Of a stretch of DNA of 64,000 nt, positions 1 through 11,967 are shown one piece after another. Positions within the stretch are counted from its first letter, which is position 1. Every line of letters begins with the position of its first letter. The position numbers and the translations under genes were made by a program. The notes beneath the pieces are model-generated. The model saw only the letters and a list, made by a program, of their open reading frames with translations. It did not search any database and was not told where the DNA came from. Source of the DNA: Amoebidium appalachense (lineage: Eukaryota > Protista > Ichthyosporea); assembly GCA_963693365.1 (NCBI GenBank), contig CAVNZM010000016.1:5200543-5264542 (forward strand). Reading direction: 5' to 3'.

Positions 1-240
1 GAGTTTTCGTTCTTTTGATTGGCTTATCGATTTCACATTCCTGAGTATAAATAGAACTTCATATTGAAATTAATATCAAGCAGTCGAATTCATTTCCTAT
101 GGTCCCAGTAATCGTTCCACCTCTCCGGTTGTGTTTCTCCCGTGTGTCTCTGTGTTGTGTATAACATAACACCCATCTGTGCTCTCTGCTTCTCCGTTTA
201 CCCACACAAAACAACACACACCCCCCCCCCTCCTCTACCC

Positions 241-280
<40 letters not shown>

Positions 281-491
281 GTTTTGTGTGGGTAAACGGG
301 GAAGCAGAGTGCACAGATGGGTGTTATGTTATACACAACACAGAGACACACGGGAGAAACACAACCGGAGAGGTGGAACGATTACTGGGGCCATAGGAAA
401 TGATTCGACTGCTTGATATTTATTCCAAGATGAAGTTCATTTTATACTTAGGAATGTGAAATCGATAAACCAATCAAAAGAACGAAAACTC
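1..491. repeat. Long imperfect palindrome (foldback): arms 1-216 and 277-491 around a poly-C spacer
   Basis: 1-216 is the reverse complement of 277-491. Examples: gagttttcgttcttttgattgg vs ccaatcaaaagaacgaaaactc, and ccgtttacccacacaaaacaaca vs tgttgttttgtgtgggtaaacgg. The left arm may continue beyond the window edge. Confidence 0.9.
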
Positions 492-2068
492 TACAATTTT
501 CCAATCAGAAAGACGAAAACTATGAGTGTAAAATAAATCGATCGAAATGCCTGTCGACACATAGACGATAAAACGCAATCCTCTAATGAAAGAAATCTTC
601 TAGTAAAACTACGGAAACATTTAACAAAATGAAACCACTTGTGTAACTATTAGTTCACATCATACATTTATACATGTTCTTAACATAACACGTCTAAATA
701 TAAATATTCCTAATAGTTGGAGTACATAGAACAATGCTACGTCGTGAGAAAAGAAGGAAAAGGAATGAGGATATAAATGAATGGAATGGGAAAGGAATCG
801 AATAGAATTAATGAGGAATGTAGATTACTATATTTGGGAAACTACAACGAGTTCTGATTGGATGACATATTTAGACATTGACACAAATAACAATACGTGT
901 GCGCGGGCTAAATATCTCGATGTGTACACAGATCTAAGATATCGGTGTACACGGAAACAGAAAGGAAAGAAAGAAAGGAAGAAGGAAAAGGGAAAAGGAA
1001 ACAAACTACAACAAACTAATAAACAAATATAAAACTCAACTTCTAAGTCTTGCCGTGAAGCATGGGAAGATGACCCCCCCCCCCCCCCCCCCCCCCCCCC
1101 ATACACACACACACACACACACAATGACAGACACGTGCACAGACACATACTTTTTGTACGTGCACACATGTGATTCAGTCCCATATGCTTGCCAACTCGT
1201 GCCCGGCCCGGACCGGAATAAAATGGATACCCGATTGATATCAGTGGGTTTAAAATTTAACCCCCCAGGGGGTTCTTTATGTTGATGCAAATATCTCAGA
1301 ATCTTTTGCGAAATTTTTAAATCTGAAAAAAGTTTCAAAATTTCACCAGAAAGTCGATGGCGCTGAGCATGTAGAACACCTTATTTCTGAGTGCTGTCTC
1401 CCTGCGGCCTCTCCTTCTTCTTTTTTTATATTTTTTTTTTATGTTGCCGCAGGCGACATTCACTAGACAATGTTTGATCGTGACGTCATGGCATTTATTT
1501 ATTTAATTGTTGGTTGGCTCTAATAAACGCAACTTGTAAAAATTAATAAACAAACAGTAAACAAATAGCATGATAATTCTGTCCAGATATTATAACATAT
1601 CAATCAATATGCCGTTTTTAAAATTAGGAAATTGTAAGAACTATCTGATTGATGAATACAAATTATGTAAAAGTTCAAGAATCACCGGGCGATTTGATTT
1701 GTGAATACAGCTTCATAGACCCGGCGGGAGACGTCCCGCAGCGTTGTAGGGCCGTGCCCGACAACCTACGTAAGCCAGAGACTAGGGCTGTGGCGATGCG
1801 TGACGATCATGGCACAATTGCAAGTAAGGTTGACGATCGACACATGCATATGAGCTTATAAAACTTTGGGAATGTGCTGTCGGAAAATTTGCCAATTTTC
1901 GGTCTCGCAAAATTCATCAAGTAGTGACAACAAGTACAGGTACACAATGCTGTTGACTATAGCTTATGTATATTCCAAAGGCTAGACACCACCCTTATAA
2001 ACGCATGTGTTGGCTGACTGTATGAACTACAAGAAAAATGCACTTGTATGAGCCTTGCACGACGGTAA

Positions 2069-2123
2069 GCTCCCCTGAGGCAGTGCCTCGCCGGGAGTGA
2101 AACAGGATAAAATAAAAAATAAA
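2069..2123 (+). mobile_element. 3' stem-loop plus A-rich tail of a SINE/LINE-like element (copy 1)
   Basis: agctcccctgaggcagtgcctcgccgggagtgaaacaggataaaataaaaaataaa. A near-identical copy lies at about 48617-48669. Hairpin gctccc/gggagt with inner gaggca/tgcctc, followed by an (AAAAT)n-type tail. Confidence 0.55.
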
Positions 2124-2195
2124 TTTTTTTTTATAATGACTTTATTGATATGCTCAGCAAAATAGAAGATATCACCGATATCTCGGGAAAAAATA
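2124..2195 (-). mobile_element. 3'-terminal fragment of the LINE family at 8966-10691
   Basis: The reverse complement reads gagatatcggtgatatc...gagcatatcaataaagtcattataaaaaaaaa, matching the LINE 3' end at about 10620-10691. Confidence 0.75.
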
Positions 2196-2646
2196 TTTAT
2201 TTTCAAATTTATGAAATGTATCCATCGACAACAATTGATATGTGAATGTCTTGCGAATATACACAGGGTAATGCTAACGGGCTCAAGTGGGGCTAAAGCT
2301 ACAAATAGTTGCTATAAGGCCTATATAGCTCAGTAAAAATGCCAATCGTGTTTCTTCTGTTTTATTTGAATTATAATCTAATTGATTCATACCCGGTGTG
2401 GGGTATTGGTTTAGGAAGACCATTTCTTATGCTATGATTGGCTGAGTCTATCTATCTTTTTATAGGAAACCAATTATTTTGTTTTGTTTTAACCCATAAT
2501 GACCAAATCAAATTCCTTGAATTCTCCAGGGCATCATGCAACTTGGTGCAAAAATCGAACTTGATATTTTTACGGGAAACTATCACAGATTTTGAAAAAG
2601 GCCGCAGTCAACCTTCAACCATGCCTTACATGACTCGCTATGGGGC

Positions 2647-2685
<39 letters not shown>

Positions 2686-2703
2686 ACATGACTCGCTATG
2701 GGG

Positions 2704-2740
<37 letters not shown>

Positions 2741-4256
2741 AGGCTCATACTTCTTTTAGCTAAAATGCTCTATAAACCCTTAATCATAATTATGGCACTC
2801 CTTGATAAAGCTTAAGATACTGGTGGCCGAAGCGTTGAAAATTATTAGCAGTTGCCTGTGGAACAATACAGACATCTATTTTAAAGTTATCCAAAGAGTA
2901 AAATAACAAGCTTTTAAATAATCCCGCTACATTTCCCGTGGCACGTGCCAAAAACGACAGTGATCAGTGATCAGGCTGTGATATGCCTGTGATCAGGCTA
3001 GCCCCAGTGCTTTCAAGGGTAACTTTCAAAGTTACCCATTTTTGCGGAGCTCAGAACTTTTTTCGCCGACGCGCTTAGGCATAAATCAATTAGTAGAAAA
3101 GTTACCTTTCAAAATGAGGAGCGGCGCCATATAATTCATTTTGGGTGTTTATGTCTATTTTGTTGATATTTACTAAGAGCGATCATGAAGGGTCAACATT
3201 ACCCCATCTGGCCCGCAATGTTACCCATCAATTGAATCAGAACTGCCAATTCAGACGCACTCAGAAGCTGGGCAAAAATCTGTTGGCGGATGATGGTGAG
3301 GCTGTCGCTGAGCAATATTATCCTACAAAACACTGTGTTTTCTTGCTGCGCTTTGATGAAGTAGTGTATTTACTGTCTGCATGGAAAATGTCAGCTCCAT
3401 ACGATGATTATAAAGGTACAAAACCCTTGTTTTTTGTCTAGAGAGGATGTGTAACATTGAACGTTACCCTTGATAGACCAGATGATAGCTCGCACTTAAT
3501 GGGACTGTGTTTAGTGGATCGTTTCTTGTATAACTATCATTCAGAACAGTTGTGTAACTATGCAAAGGGTAGGGAATTGCTCCCCAGATATATGTACAAT
3601 AGTGAGCATGTGGGTAAATCTCTAATAGACCAGTTTGTATATGAGTTGCTGTTTTCTTATTGTGTGAACGCTTTAAAATTTACAGTGGAGATGTAACAAA
3701 TACATTGTCAAAGTTTTCAGATATGTATGCCCTACACCAAACAACACACCACCATTTTAAGCGAACATGTCCCCAAAAATGTGGTTTGCTCTCAAGCTGT
3801 ATTCCTCCAGACATACACACCCAATTTACCCGGGCCCATACACAACATGCCACACTTGAAAGACCTACCGAATTTTACTGTGCTTGATTTCACACTTAAC
3901 TCTGGCGAACTTCTACTATTCCAAAAGTGTATGGATTATCTGGACAAAAATGTATTATGGTGACAGAATGCTGACTAGGACCGGTGTACTTGGGGAAAAA
4001 AAAAAAAAAAAAAAATCTCCACATTTGATGTAGTTATACTATGCCTGATGCGTTATATCTCCACATATTATGATGTGTATGTTGTAAGTGTAACCTCAAT
4101 TTTTTACATGTATATCTTGTTGGGTGGAAGTACTGTTGGCCTTAGTGCCGACAACTCATCACAGCTCACCTACATGTCGTTAATAAACAGCACATCCCCC
4201 CCCCCCCCCCCCCCCCCCACCACCACCACCACCACCCCCACCACCACCCCCACCCC

Positions 4257-4297
<41 letters not shown>

Positions 4298-4944
4298 TTA
4301 CCCTTACTAAATGAGCGATTTCCCAAAAATTCCCGGGATACGAGAAGGGTAACTTCGACCGTCACCCTTCCAGCACTGGGGCTAGCGGGGCTGTGAGTAC
4401 AGCTGTGTACACGCGCGCTCAGTCTGTGTACACGCTCTTTTATCTCTGAAGGGTTGGGTTGCCTACAAAAACGAACATACAGAAAGAAGTCATCTATGCT
4501 AGGTTAGCTCATATCTACCCCTTTAGAAAAATTTTAGTGGCAGGCAGTGTATACACCTGCAGCAGCCTGTGCACGCTCAGTTAGCAGCCGGGGTTCACAT
4601 CGCGTTGGCTAGGAGCAACACTTCACTCCGTGAGAATCATTCATGCTCTCGAGAGGTAATAATTGGCTCAGGCGTTCCGGTCGAACACGGTTCCTCTGTT
4701 GATCATAGCCAAAGTGAAGTCCCTTTCTATTTAGGTTTGGAGCTTTCAATCACAATTCGCTGCAACATACAACTCCAACCTTCCCCTTTTTTCCGGGGGG
4801 GGGGGTTTCAAACTTTGGTTTTTTCGTTTTTTTTTTTTTTCAAAAAAAATAAAAAAGCAAGCTTGGTGAGAGGTGCAGTTGTGAGTAGGCGACAAACTAT
4901 CACGTTGTGGTGTGGTTCTGCCCACACACGAAAAAAACCTCAAA

Positions 4945-5917
4945 ATGCATTACACACTCAAATTTGGTGGGGGCCTTACCGAGTATACGGCCATTATGAC
5001 CCACCCACAACTAACCGGCCTATCGTTGACAATAATGCTGTTTACCGCCTGCTACCTCCTGATAGACCATCAAAAAAGGGAGGCAGTTTTTCAGCTTCAC
5101 TTTCGCAGTCTTATACCAAGACTGCTGATTTTCTGGAACTTGGCCATGTTCTTCTCTTTTTTGTGGGCTACAATAACCACGTAAGTAACTGCTCATGACG
5201 AGTGCGCACACTCGCTTTTTGGGCATTTTTCCTTCTTCTTACCTCTTGAAAATCTGCTGCTGCTGTGCAGAGATGCGGCACAACCTGGAGCCAAAGGCGG
5301 GGCTGGATTAGATGCAATGCTACAAACGTTTCGGACTGTCGTGTTAACGCATCGTTTGCTGTTGTCCGACCCTGCAAAGTCTTGCATAGTCCAAAATAAG
5401 TTAGCCTGTGACGTTAAGTTTTAAAACACCATCACCCATAACACTTGAGATATGCTACCTAAGCGAAAGTCTCTTCTTAGTGTTCTTCAACCCTGCGCAT
5501 CTCTTAGTAAATCCGTTAGAGATGCCACGTGGCACATCACACTTGAAGTATGCTACCCACATTTCCTTCCTCTCTGTCTCTTCAACCCTACGCATCTCTA
5601 AAACCCTGTGTGGGATACCACCACACAGCCCATCACACTTGAAAAATACTACGGTAACCCTTCCTTCCTTCATCTCTTAACCCTTTTACCGCACACAGGT
5701 ACGACCTGCAATACCGGTGGCTTCTGAGCACTGATCGCACGTGGATCTGCGACATATTTCTAACCCTGTCCCAGTCCCTCCGCTTCTACTACACGTGCAT
5801 GTTTTCGCTGTTTCTGAGGCAGCTCTTTCATCCATTCCGGCCTGCACAAGTCCAGGTATGCAAATTGTCTATAGAAACTCTAGACAAGAAGCTTGAAAAA
5901 CGAATCCCCCCCCCCCC

Positions 5918-5956
<39 letters not shown>

Positions 5957-6295
5957 CCCCCCCCCCCCCCCAAAAAAAAAAGTGTCCACCCAATGGCATG
6001 TCATTTGCGACCCATAGCCTGCAGAATGCTTTGATTTTTGGTTTGAGGGACCCGACATTTTCAGTTTACGTGAAATTCCAATAGATATGCCCTGTGATAG
6101 CTGTTGTCAGGAGTGTTCCCTCTCCCATTCTATCTCTCCCTGGTGTATCTCACTTTTTCTCCGAGCCTTCCATCTCTTCAATCTCTCTCTCTCTCTCTCT
6201 CTCTTCCCCTCCCCCTTGTCTAATATCTGACGATTCTGCAGCATCCCTAAGACCCCCCTCCCCCTCCCCTCCCCCCCCCCCCCCCCCCCCCCCCC

Positions 6296-6351
<56 letters not shown>

Positions 6352-6364
6352 CCCCCCCCCCCCC

Positions 6365-6438
<74 letters not shown>

Positions 6439-6441
6439 TTT

Positions 6442-6473
<32 letters not shown>

Positions 6474-8501
6474 TTTTTTTTGGCGCCTGTTGTTTTGCTT
6501 GTCATTTGTTGTTCTGGTTGATTACCTGTAATCTTCGCTTATTTATGTGTATGTGTGTGTATGTGTATGTGTATGTTGTGCGGGGTTGCACATACCGGTG
6601 TCTACTTTTCTTCTACTGTTTTTCTCTCCACACACTTCATCTGTCCACTTCTGCATACCCCCTTTCATAGCTATAGACACACTTCACACATTGCGTTACG
6701 CGCACGCATGCACACACCGCTCTGTTGGCGACAGCTCCCTGGGAACCCATGCGGCATGTTACCCGCCGGCGTAACATAACTCGGACTATCGGTTTGGCTT
6801 TTTTCAAGCCCAAAGCAATGGGTGATACCATATTTCCAGCTGACATCCGGGGGCATAGCTTTCCGTTTGAAGACGATAAAGTTCCGCCCTAGTAAGCGTG
6901 TTACTACCCTGCGGCGTGGGTCAAATCTCATATTTTCCCCTCTGATTGCGAATTCTGGGGCCTTCGGGACTTAATTCTTTTCAGCTGGTGTAGTATGTTA
7001 GCCAGGGAAGTATCGACTTAGGTATCGACGGGGGAGCTTCCTAGAAGCCCCGTCTCCTGAGTTCCTATCTATATTTTTCTTGCGTCTGCTTACTGCTGCA
7101 ACTTTAACCCCCGGCCTTTCCCACTGCCCTTGCCTGCATAAGCAACCCTGCTCGTCTCTGATCAAGACGGGTGACCTACTCATGTTCAAGTGAAACAGTA
7201 TCTGAGTTGGGTTTCGTTAACGAGGGGAATAGGTCGAAACTCGGGTACTGTGGATGACGTGGGCCCCCCCTGAGGATGGGCTCTGCTTATTATGCATACT
7301 CTTTATGTATGGCTTGCATTCTGCATCGTGTTATCCGTTTGTTCTTGTGTACTTCGTACTTTTTGACGCATTCAAACCCCCCCCCCCCCCCCCTTCCCCC
7401 GGGGCACCAAGATCTACCAACACCATCACATGTGCAAGCTCCCACACGTTAACCTTAGTTCACCTGCGTAAACTTTCCTCAGAACCTCAGACTGCTCGAG
7501 CTGGTGTTGGCATCACGATTTACCAACGCACATGTTTTCTAACTCCCAACAGATCATGAGCACGCGTCTTGGTCGGCTCTTCCACACCACTGCCATCTTC
7601 TTCCCCGTGGCTCATATTGTCATTCTGCCCGTTATTTTCTCGCTCAGCCAGCGGAATCCCGAATATAAAGCAGCCCTCGGCCTGACGGTGGAGTCGATCA
7701 CTGTGGCTGAGGAAACGGTGAAGTTAGTTATGTTCGTCTACGGTTTTACTCTGATCTCTAAGGTACTACATCACACATCATTGGTGTTTCCCTGTTCATG
7801 TCGAATCCATGTCCAAAGTTATCAGTGCTGAATAATTACAATGGTGTACAGCTTGGTGGTTCTTTGATTTTTTGCTGTAACTGTGTGTGCGTGTGCGTGA
7901 GTTTGTGTCTAGCGTCACAGGCTGTGTGTTTGTGCAAGCTCTTGTTTGCGTGATATGCGCATCACACCAACCATATCGCATCAAACCATTCCGGTCTGAA
8001 CCGACCCGGAAACCTGAGCAACTTAGTAACCCCCTCTCATATCAACCACAGATCCGCCGATGCCGAAACGAGATGCTCAACGTGCAAGCGCGCTCAGTCG
8101 TCGACAAAATCCTCACCGTGAGCATCTGCTTCCTCGTGAGCCATCTGTTCACATCAACATGTCATGTTCTCAGCTACCTCCTGAAATGGGGACACGCAGA
8201 TCGCACGGTGACGCTCGTTTTCTTCAACATGTATTGCTGGGGCACGTTCCCGACGTTTACAATTTCGGCGATTTTCCCGCTCATGTCAGGCCAATTCGCG
8301 CAACATGGGAGATTGCTTAGTTCGGCGCCGAGTCAGGCAAACAGCGTCCAGTGGGGCTCGAGTGGTGGAGGAGGAGGGCCTACGTGTGGGTCTACATCTG
8401 CTGCTCTTGGTCCCATCACGTCGCAATCGTTTGTGTTTACAAATGGGGGCGGGTTTGCGTCTACGGCGGCATTCAACGGCAATTCTAATGGAGGGTCGTA
8501 G
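4945..8501 (+). CDS. Orphan seven-transmembrane (GPCR-like) protein, about 350 aa, 4 exons: 4945-5180, 5699-5855, 7553-7762, 8052-8501
   Basis: GT-AG junctions with consistent phases (2,0,0) give a 1053-nt ORF. Seven hydrophobic segments: [18 protein letters not shown]; [19 protein letters not shown]; [25 protein letters not shown]; [23 protein letters not shown]; [14 protein letters not shown]; [25 protein letters not shown]; [23 protein letters not shown]. Ser/Gly-rich C-tail. Family not recognised and the start codon is inferred. Confidence 0.7.
7135..7376 (+). repeat. Dispersed structured repeat, subfamily A, in intron 2 of the 7-TM gene
   Basis: Nearly identical to the reverse complement of 19935-20176. 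Contains a 14-bp stem acagtatctgagtt/aactcgggtactgt. Confidence 0.85.
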
Positions 8502-8914
8502 GTGGAGATTTTAAGTAGGTGATAATGGGTACGTTTGTCGGTTTTCTGGAAGAATGTTTTTTGTGATGGCTAATTAGTCGCTAACACTCTGTTCATATTT
8601 ATATATATATATTTATATATATACAGACACACACATGCACACACACACACATACTCAATGATATATATGTACGGCAATTTTTTGCACGCTTTACTCTTTG
8701 CTTTTTGTGCGTGATGTGTGTGAAATGATTGCATATTGAGTCTCTTAGGCTCTCCCGACACCTTTTTTCTTTTGCTTGTTCTCTCCCTTTTTCAATCTTC
8801 TCTCCCTTTTTCTCCGTCTTTCTCGTTACGTCTCTCTCCTTTTTTCTTAACCCTTGGTACTAAATGATATATGTGGAGTTGACCTCTGTGTATTTTTTTT
8901 TTTCAAGTGGGGGG

Positions 8915-8962
<48 letters not shown>

Positions 8963-8965
8963 TGA

Positions 8966-10691
8966 TTGTGTCACGAAACCTTATCCAATGTATTTCGATT
9001 AAGCAACATTCAGGGCGGGTTTCGGCATGCTCATTCGTGCTACACTCATGCTCTTCCTTTACACGACACTATCCGTTCGGGATGTCGCGAGGTTTGCTTC
9101 ATCGACCTTAAGAATGCCTACGACACGGTTCCGACGAATTTGCTTTGGCATAAGTTGGCGACTCGAGGGCTCCCACTTCCCTTTGATCGACTACTTCAGG
9201 CGTTATTTGACCGCACCCATGAGGCTGCCGTTGTGAATGGGGTACTGAGTAACGGATTCAGTCGTACACGAGGCCTTTTACAGGGCTCACTTTTGAGTCC
9301 CCTCCTTTTTGATGTCTTTATTGACGACTTAGCGGTAGAAATTCAACAATTTCCCGTTGCAGGCGACTCTTGTGTTTCCGGCCTTTTTTCGCTGATGATA
9401 TTGTTTTAGTCACTCATGATCCTTCTATTATGACTACCATGATTTCTCGAGTAGATGATTGGTGTTTCCGAAATTTCATGAAAATTGGGATAGATAAATG
9501 CGGCACCTTTTCTCCCCATGCACACTACACTTTGAACAATCAACCTCTCCCAGATGTGTCCTCCTATGACTATTTAGGTATTCCTTTCACCTCTAAGGGT
9601 ATTTGCTTTGAGTGCCTTTTGACTTCGTGCATTTCCCGTGCGCGTGGTCGTTTACACATCTATCAAGGCATTTTCGCAAGTATTTCTTATGTCCATCCTG
9701 CTAATCTGCTCACTCTTTATAAAGTTTTTCTTCGTCCATGTTTCGAATATGGCCTCCCGTTACTCTTGTGTGCCCCTCCACGGCAACAGCGCGCGGTGCT
9801 TCGGGAATTCGATTCCTTTCAGCGTGAATTCATCCAGTTCATCTCTCGGACCTGGCGTAGGCATCCTCTGGCGGCTCCTTTGCTGAGTGTTTTTGGTCTC
9901 CTTCCGGCGAGTCAGCGTATGAATGAGTTAGGCCTTCGCTTTTGTTTTCATTTGGTTAGGCCTCCTTCTTATCATCCTTTGTTGCGATTCTTTCCTTCTT
10001 TAGACCCTGTTCCCATTTCTAATGTTCGTGCGAAATGTCCTGTACCCAATCTATCTCCCATTCAGAGATATCCTTTTGAATATTTGTCTCCTTTATTTTT
10101 CTCTTCCCCTATTTATCAGCAGTATGTTACTTTTTTTTATACTCAATATCCTTTGCTTCATCGTTGTGATAAAGAGTGTCATGGTAGGCCTCTTGAGCCT
10201 GTCGCTTCTTTTATATTAGAGACTCGTCTATTTTCTCTACAATCGTTATGTAAATTAGCTACTTATATTTATCCTTCCTCTCGTAAACCTACCACACTTG
10301 CCGATTTTTGCCATTCTAACCCCTTCGTGTGATAATGCTTGGAAATGTTTATTTTGGCGTTGTAACCTTAGTTTCCATAATTGTTTGTGTCACTTTTGTG
10401 CAGACCCTTTTTCTCGCAAACATCTAGATAAATGGATTTATTTATCTCAGATTCTTCCGTTAGAAATCCGAAGACTAGCTTATTTAGATAATCCTGATAT
10501 TACTTCTATTGACTATCTGTTAAACCACCGTATGTTTAACGAGTTTTCTAGGGTGTTTGATTATTTGAGTCGTTATCTCCTCCGTATCCGTGAGTAGGGT
10601 TTTTGTATTTTCTTCTCTGAGATATCTGTGATATCTCCGGCTTGCTTCTCTTTCATGAGCATATCAATAAAGTCATTATATATAAAAAAAA
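8966..10691 (+). mobile_element. 5'-truncated non-LTR retrotransposon (LINE): RT domain, C-terminal Cys/His motif, 3' UTR and A tail, with frameshifts
   Basis: RT motifs FIDLKNAYDTV, RGLLQGSLLSPLLFDVFIDDL, FADDIVLV and YDYLGIPF. One frameshift lies in a T run near 9385 and another near 10320. C-terminal CHFC-x7-H motif; caataaa followed by an A-rich tail at about 10665-10691. Confidence 0.9.
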
Positions 10692-11266
10692 GAAATCTCT
10701 CTCCCAAAAGAATTTGGATGTTGTCACCAGTCGGCTGTTGTTCGACTGCATCTTATCAAACATGTAGATACGAAGAAGAAATTTGTTCATTTTTAATCGG
10801 ATTATGAAAACGATGTTGCTCTATTCAGCTAGTATTCAACGGTTTTGTCATGTGCTGCTTTTTTAAATATTGGAAATAAGCATAACCCTTCAGTATTGTT
10901 ACCCTCAGACTTGTAGGCGAGGGATTCAGCAGAATCTTCGACTACAAAATGTATGCCGCATGGAATTATATCTCCAGCCACATTAACCGAATTTAAATGT
11001 AAATTTTAACATACGGTTAAAATTTAATATCATCAAACATAACAGCTCACTGTCCGCCTCGACTTGTTCACGTGCATGCCACATATCCTTGTGTGCCCAG
11101 TCCGGTCTGTAGGAAACCAATGCTCGATTTCTTGCTATCCCCCTGCCCCCCCATGAATAACTACCACATTTTGCGATGCCCCCCTCCCCCCTCCCCCCCC
11201 CCCCCTCCCCCCTTCTCTCCCCACTGGCCGTCCCGGAATTGGGTGTTTCCTTCGTATTAATTATAA

Positions 11267-11304
<38 letters not shown>

Positions 11305-11930
11305 GGGCCACCTGTTTTTGTGCCTCAAGGCTATGGGCCCCCGCCCGCCACCACCACCGCCACCAACCCACTCATCCTACGGCCTTTATGTCGGCTTCGT
11401 TTTACGCGTGTCGGTATGAAAAGTTTATGTATGGACCAATTATTTTCGCGTGATCGCACGATTAGCCAAATATAGAAAGATGGGCGGGAAGTTTTTAAGC
11501 ACCAAAAAGAAATTTTTTATAATACTAAAAAAAAAGTGGGCATATGCATAAAGTACCTGTAAGTTTGGAAGTTAGTGGCTGTTTAAATATACCGCAACTG
11601 CAGCTACGTGGAGTCTGATCCGACCCCCCCCCCCCCCCCCCCCCCTCCCCTCCCCCACCCCCTCCAACCACCACCACCACCACCACCACCATCATTACAA
11701 ACACATGTACACACACACACACACACACCCACCCCCCCCCCCCCCACACACACACACAGTCTGACACGAATTCGAATCAGGTTCCAAGACCAATGATAAT
11801 TAAACATTGACAACGCACAAACAGTGACTCTCTCAGACTGATATCACAAAGCATGATCCGTGATTTTCCGAATAGAAAGCTGCATAAACTTCGGGCCTCA
11901 GACTGAGACGCGCCGCGCCGTCAGCAATGC

Positions 11931-11967
<37 letters not shown>

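Noticed and set aside
2624-2736. Duplicated ccttacatgactcgctatgggg followed by poly-A, twice
   Set aside because: Too short to assign; may be slippage or an assembly artefact around homopolymers.
7195-7290. Hammerhead ribozyme in the structured repeat (gtcgaaac and ctgagga present)
   Set aside because: CUGANGA and GAAA cannot be arranged with valid stems I-III in any of the three topologies.
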